DNA of 64,000 bases from Thermodesulfovibrionales bacterium (lineage in GTDB: Bacteria > Nitrospirota > Thermodesulfovibrionia > Thermodesulfovibrionales > SM23-35), in assembly GCA_963715195.1 (NCBI GenBank), contig CAVQRT010000002.1, forward strand, positions 32,001 through 96,000. Reading direction: 5' to 3'. Every line of letters starts with the position of its first letter. Positions within the stretch are counted from its first letter, which is position 1. Below, in pieces: positions 63,375 to 64,000 of the stretch. Below the pieces are notes generated by a model. The model ran no database searches and was not told the DNA's origin. It saw only the letters and a program-made list of their open reading frames with translations. A program made the translations under genes and the position numbers.

Positions 63375-64000
63375 ATGTTCTCCTCGAAGCTTGCTCTGTT
63401 AAAAGAAAAAAACCTTTTCAGATACATATATGATAGGGAATCCCCCCAGGGACCGAGAATTATGTTACGGGGTAGGGAATACATCCATTTCTCATCCAAT
63501 GATTATCTCGGCCTTGCCAATCATCCTTATATTATTGATAGAGCAACAACGTCAATGAACCGCTATGGATTTGGCAGCGGAGCCTCAAGACTTTTGGGCG
63601 GTGGGAGCACTTTTCATCATCAGCTTGAAGAAAAGGTTGCACAGTTTAAAAGCACTGAAGCCGCCCTTGTTTTCAACTCCGGGTATGCAGCAAACATTGG
63701 TATGATCCCTGCACTTGCCGATGGAGATACCGTCATATTCAGCGACGAACTGAACCATGCGAGCATCATAGACGGATGCAGGCTGAGCAAGGGAGAAACA
63801 GTCGTCTTCTCTCATAAAGATATGATGCACCTTGAAGATTGTCTGAAACAAAAGGCTGCGGCAAAAAAGCTTGTTGTTACAGATACCATTTTCAGCATGG
63901 ACGGAGACATCGCGCCTCTTCCGGAGATTCTTAATCTGTGCAGAACCTATAACGCGCATCTCTATATTGATGAGGCGCATGCGACCGGAGTCATCGGGAA
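63375..64000 (+). CDS. bioF: 8-amino-7-oxononanoate synthase, runs off the window end
   Basis: Manual translation: FSSNDYLGLANHP, GSGASRL, SGYAAN, DELNHASIIDG, FSMDGD, DEAHATG; absent from the ORF track because it has no stop. Confidence 0.88.
   Translation, partial: MFSSKLALLKEKNLFRYIYDRESPQGPRIMLRGREYIHFSSNDYLGLANHPYIIDRATTSMNRYGFGSGASRLLGGGSTFHHQLEEKVAQFKSTEAALVFNSGYAANIGMIPALADGDTVIFSDELNHASIIDGCRLSKGETVVFSHKDMMHLEDCLKQKAAAKKLVVTDTIFSMDGDIAPLPEILNLCRTYNAHLYIDEAHATGVIG

Overview
This is a chromosomal window from an anaerobic, diderm bacterium. Gene content and order suggest Nitrospirota (Thermodesulfovibrionia) or Desulfobacterota, which is inference only. I found no rRNA, tRNA, CRISPR array, transposase or prophage. 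Blocks from left to right: ilvE-like aminotransferase and PPi-type pfk; an acetate/carboxylate uptake-activation locus (two tandem cNMP-CBS-DUF294 nucleotidyltransferases, DEDDh exonuclease, DUF4212, ActP-like symporter, acs, Pat acetyltransferase, DcaP-like porin); ftsK-uppP-rnj-thermonuclease; a type IV pilus operon with two tandem pilB genes (pilB1-pilB2-pilT-pilC-pilS-pilR); korAB; a redox/stress island with two radical SAM-SPASM enzymes, ferritin-like proteins, ferredoxin, FprA, rubrerythrin, an HAO-fold octaheme cytochrome and Isf; lpxL and a LonC-type protease; a CHASE2 class III cyclase plus a FecR-TPR-beta-barrel receptor; xerD, trmN6, an HD-GYP regulator; the atpF'FHAGDC operon and the start of bioF. 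Best leads: (1) an unannotated 20-aa Cys-rich peptide gene (MTIRKISKKASLTCKCKSSC, 36143-36205) with its own promoter, SD and terminator directly behind an RRE-like radical SAM-SPASM gene, a candidate new RiPP system; (2) a trans-envelope cyclase module whose cyclase has Asn/Arg instead of the adenine-specifying Lys/Thr; (3) two pilB paralogs with 471 bp near-identical 5' ends whose only amino-acid difference is R/K in an MshEN c-di-GMP motif; (4) the nucleotidyltransferase/exonuclease pair attached to the acetate locus. Many single-base frameshifts, including one in atpF, look like sequencing or assembly indels rather than real pseudogenes.
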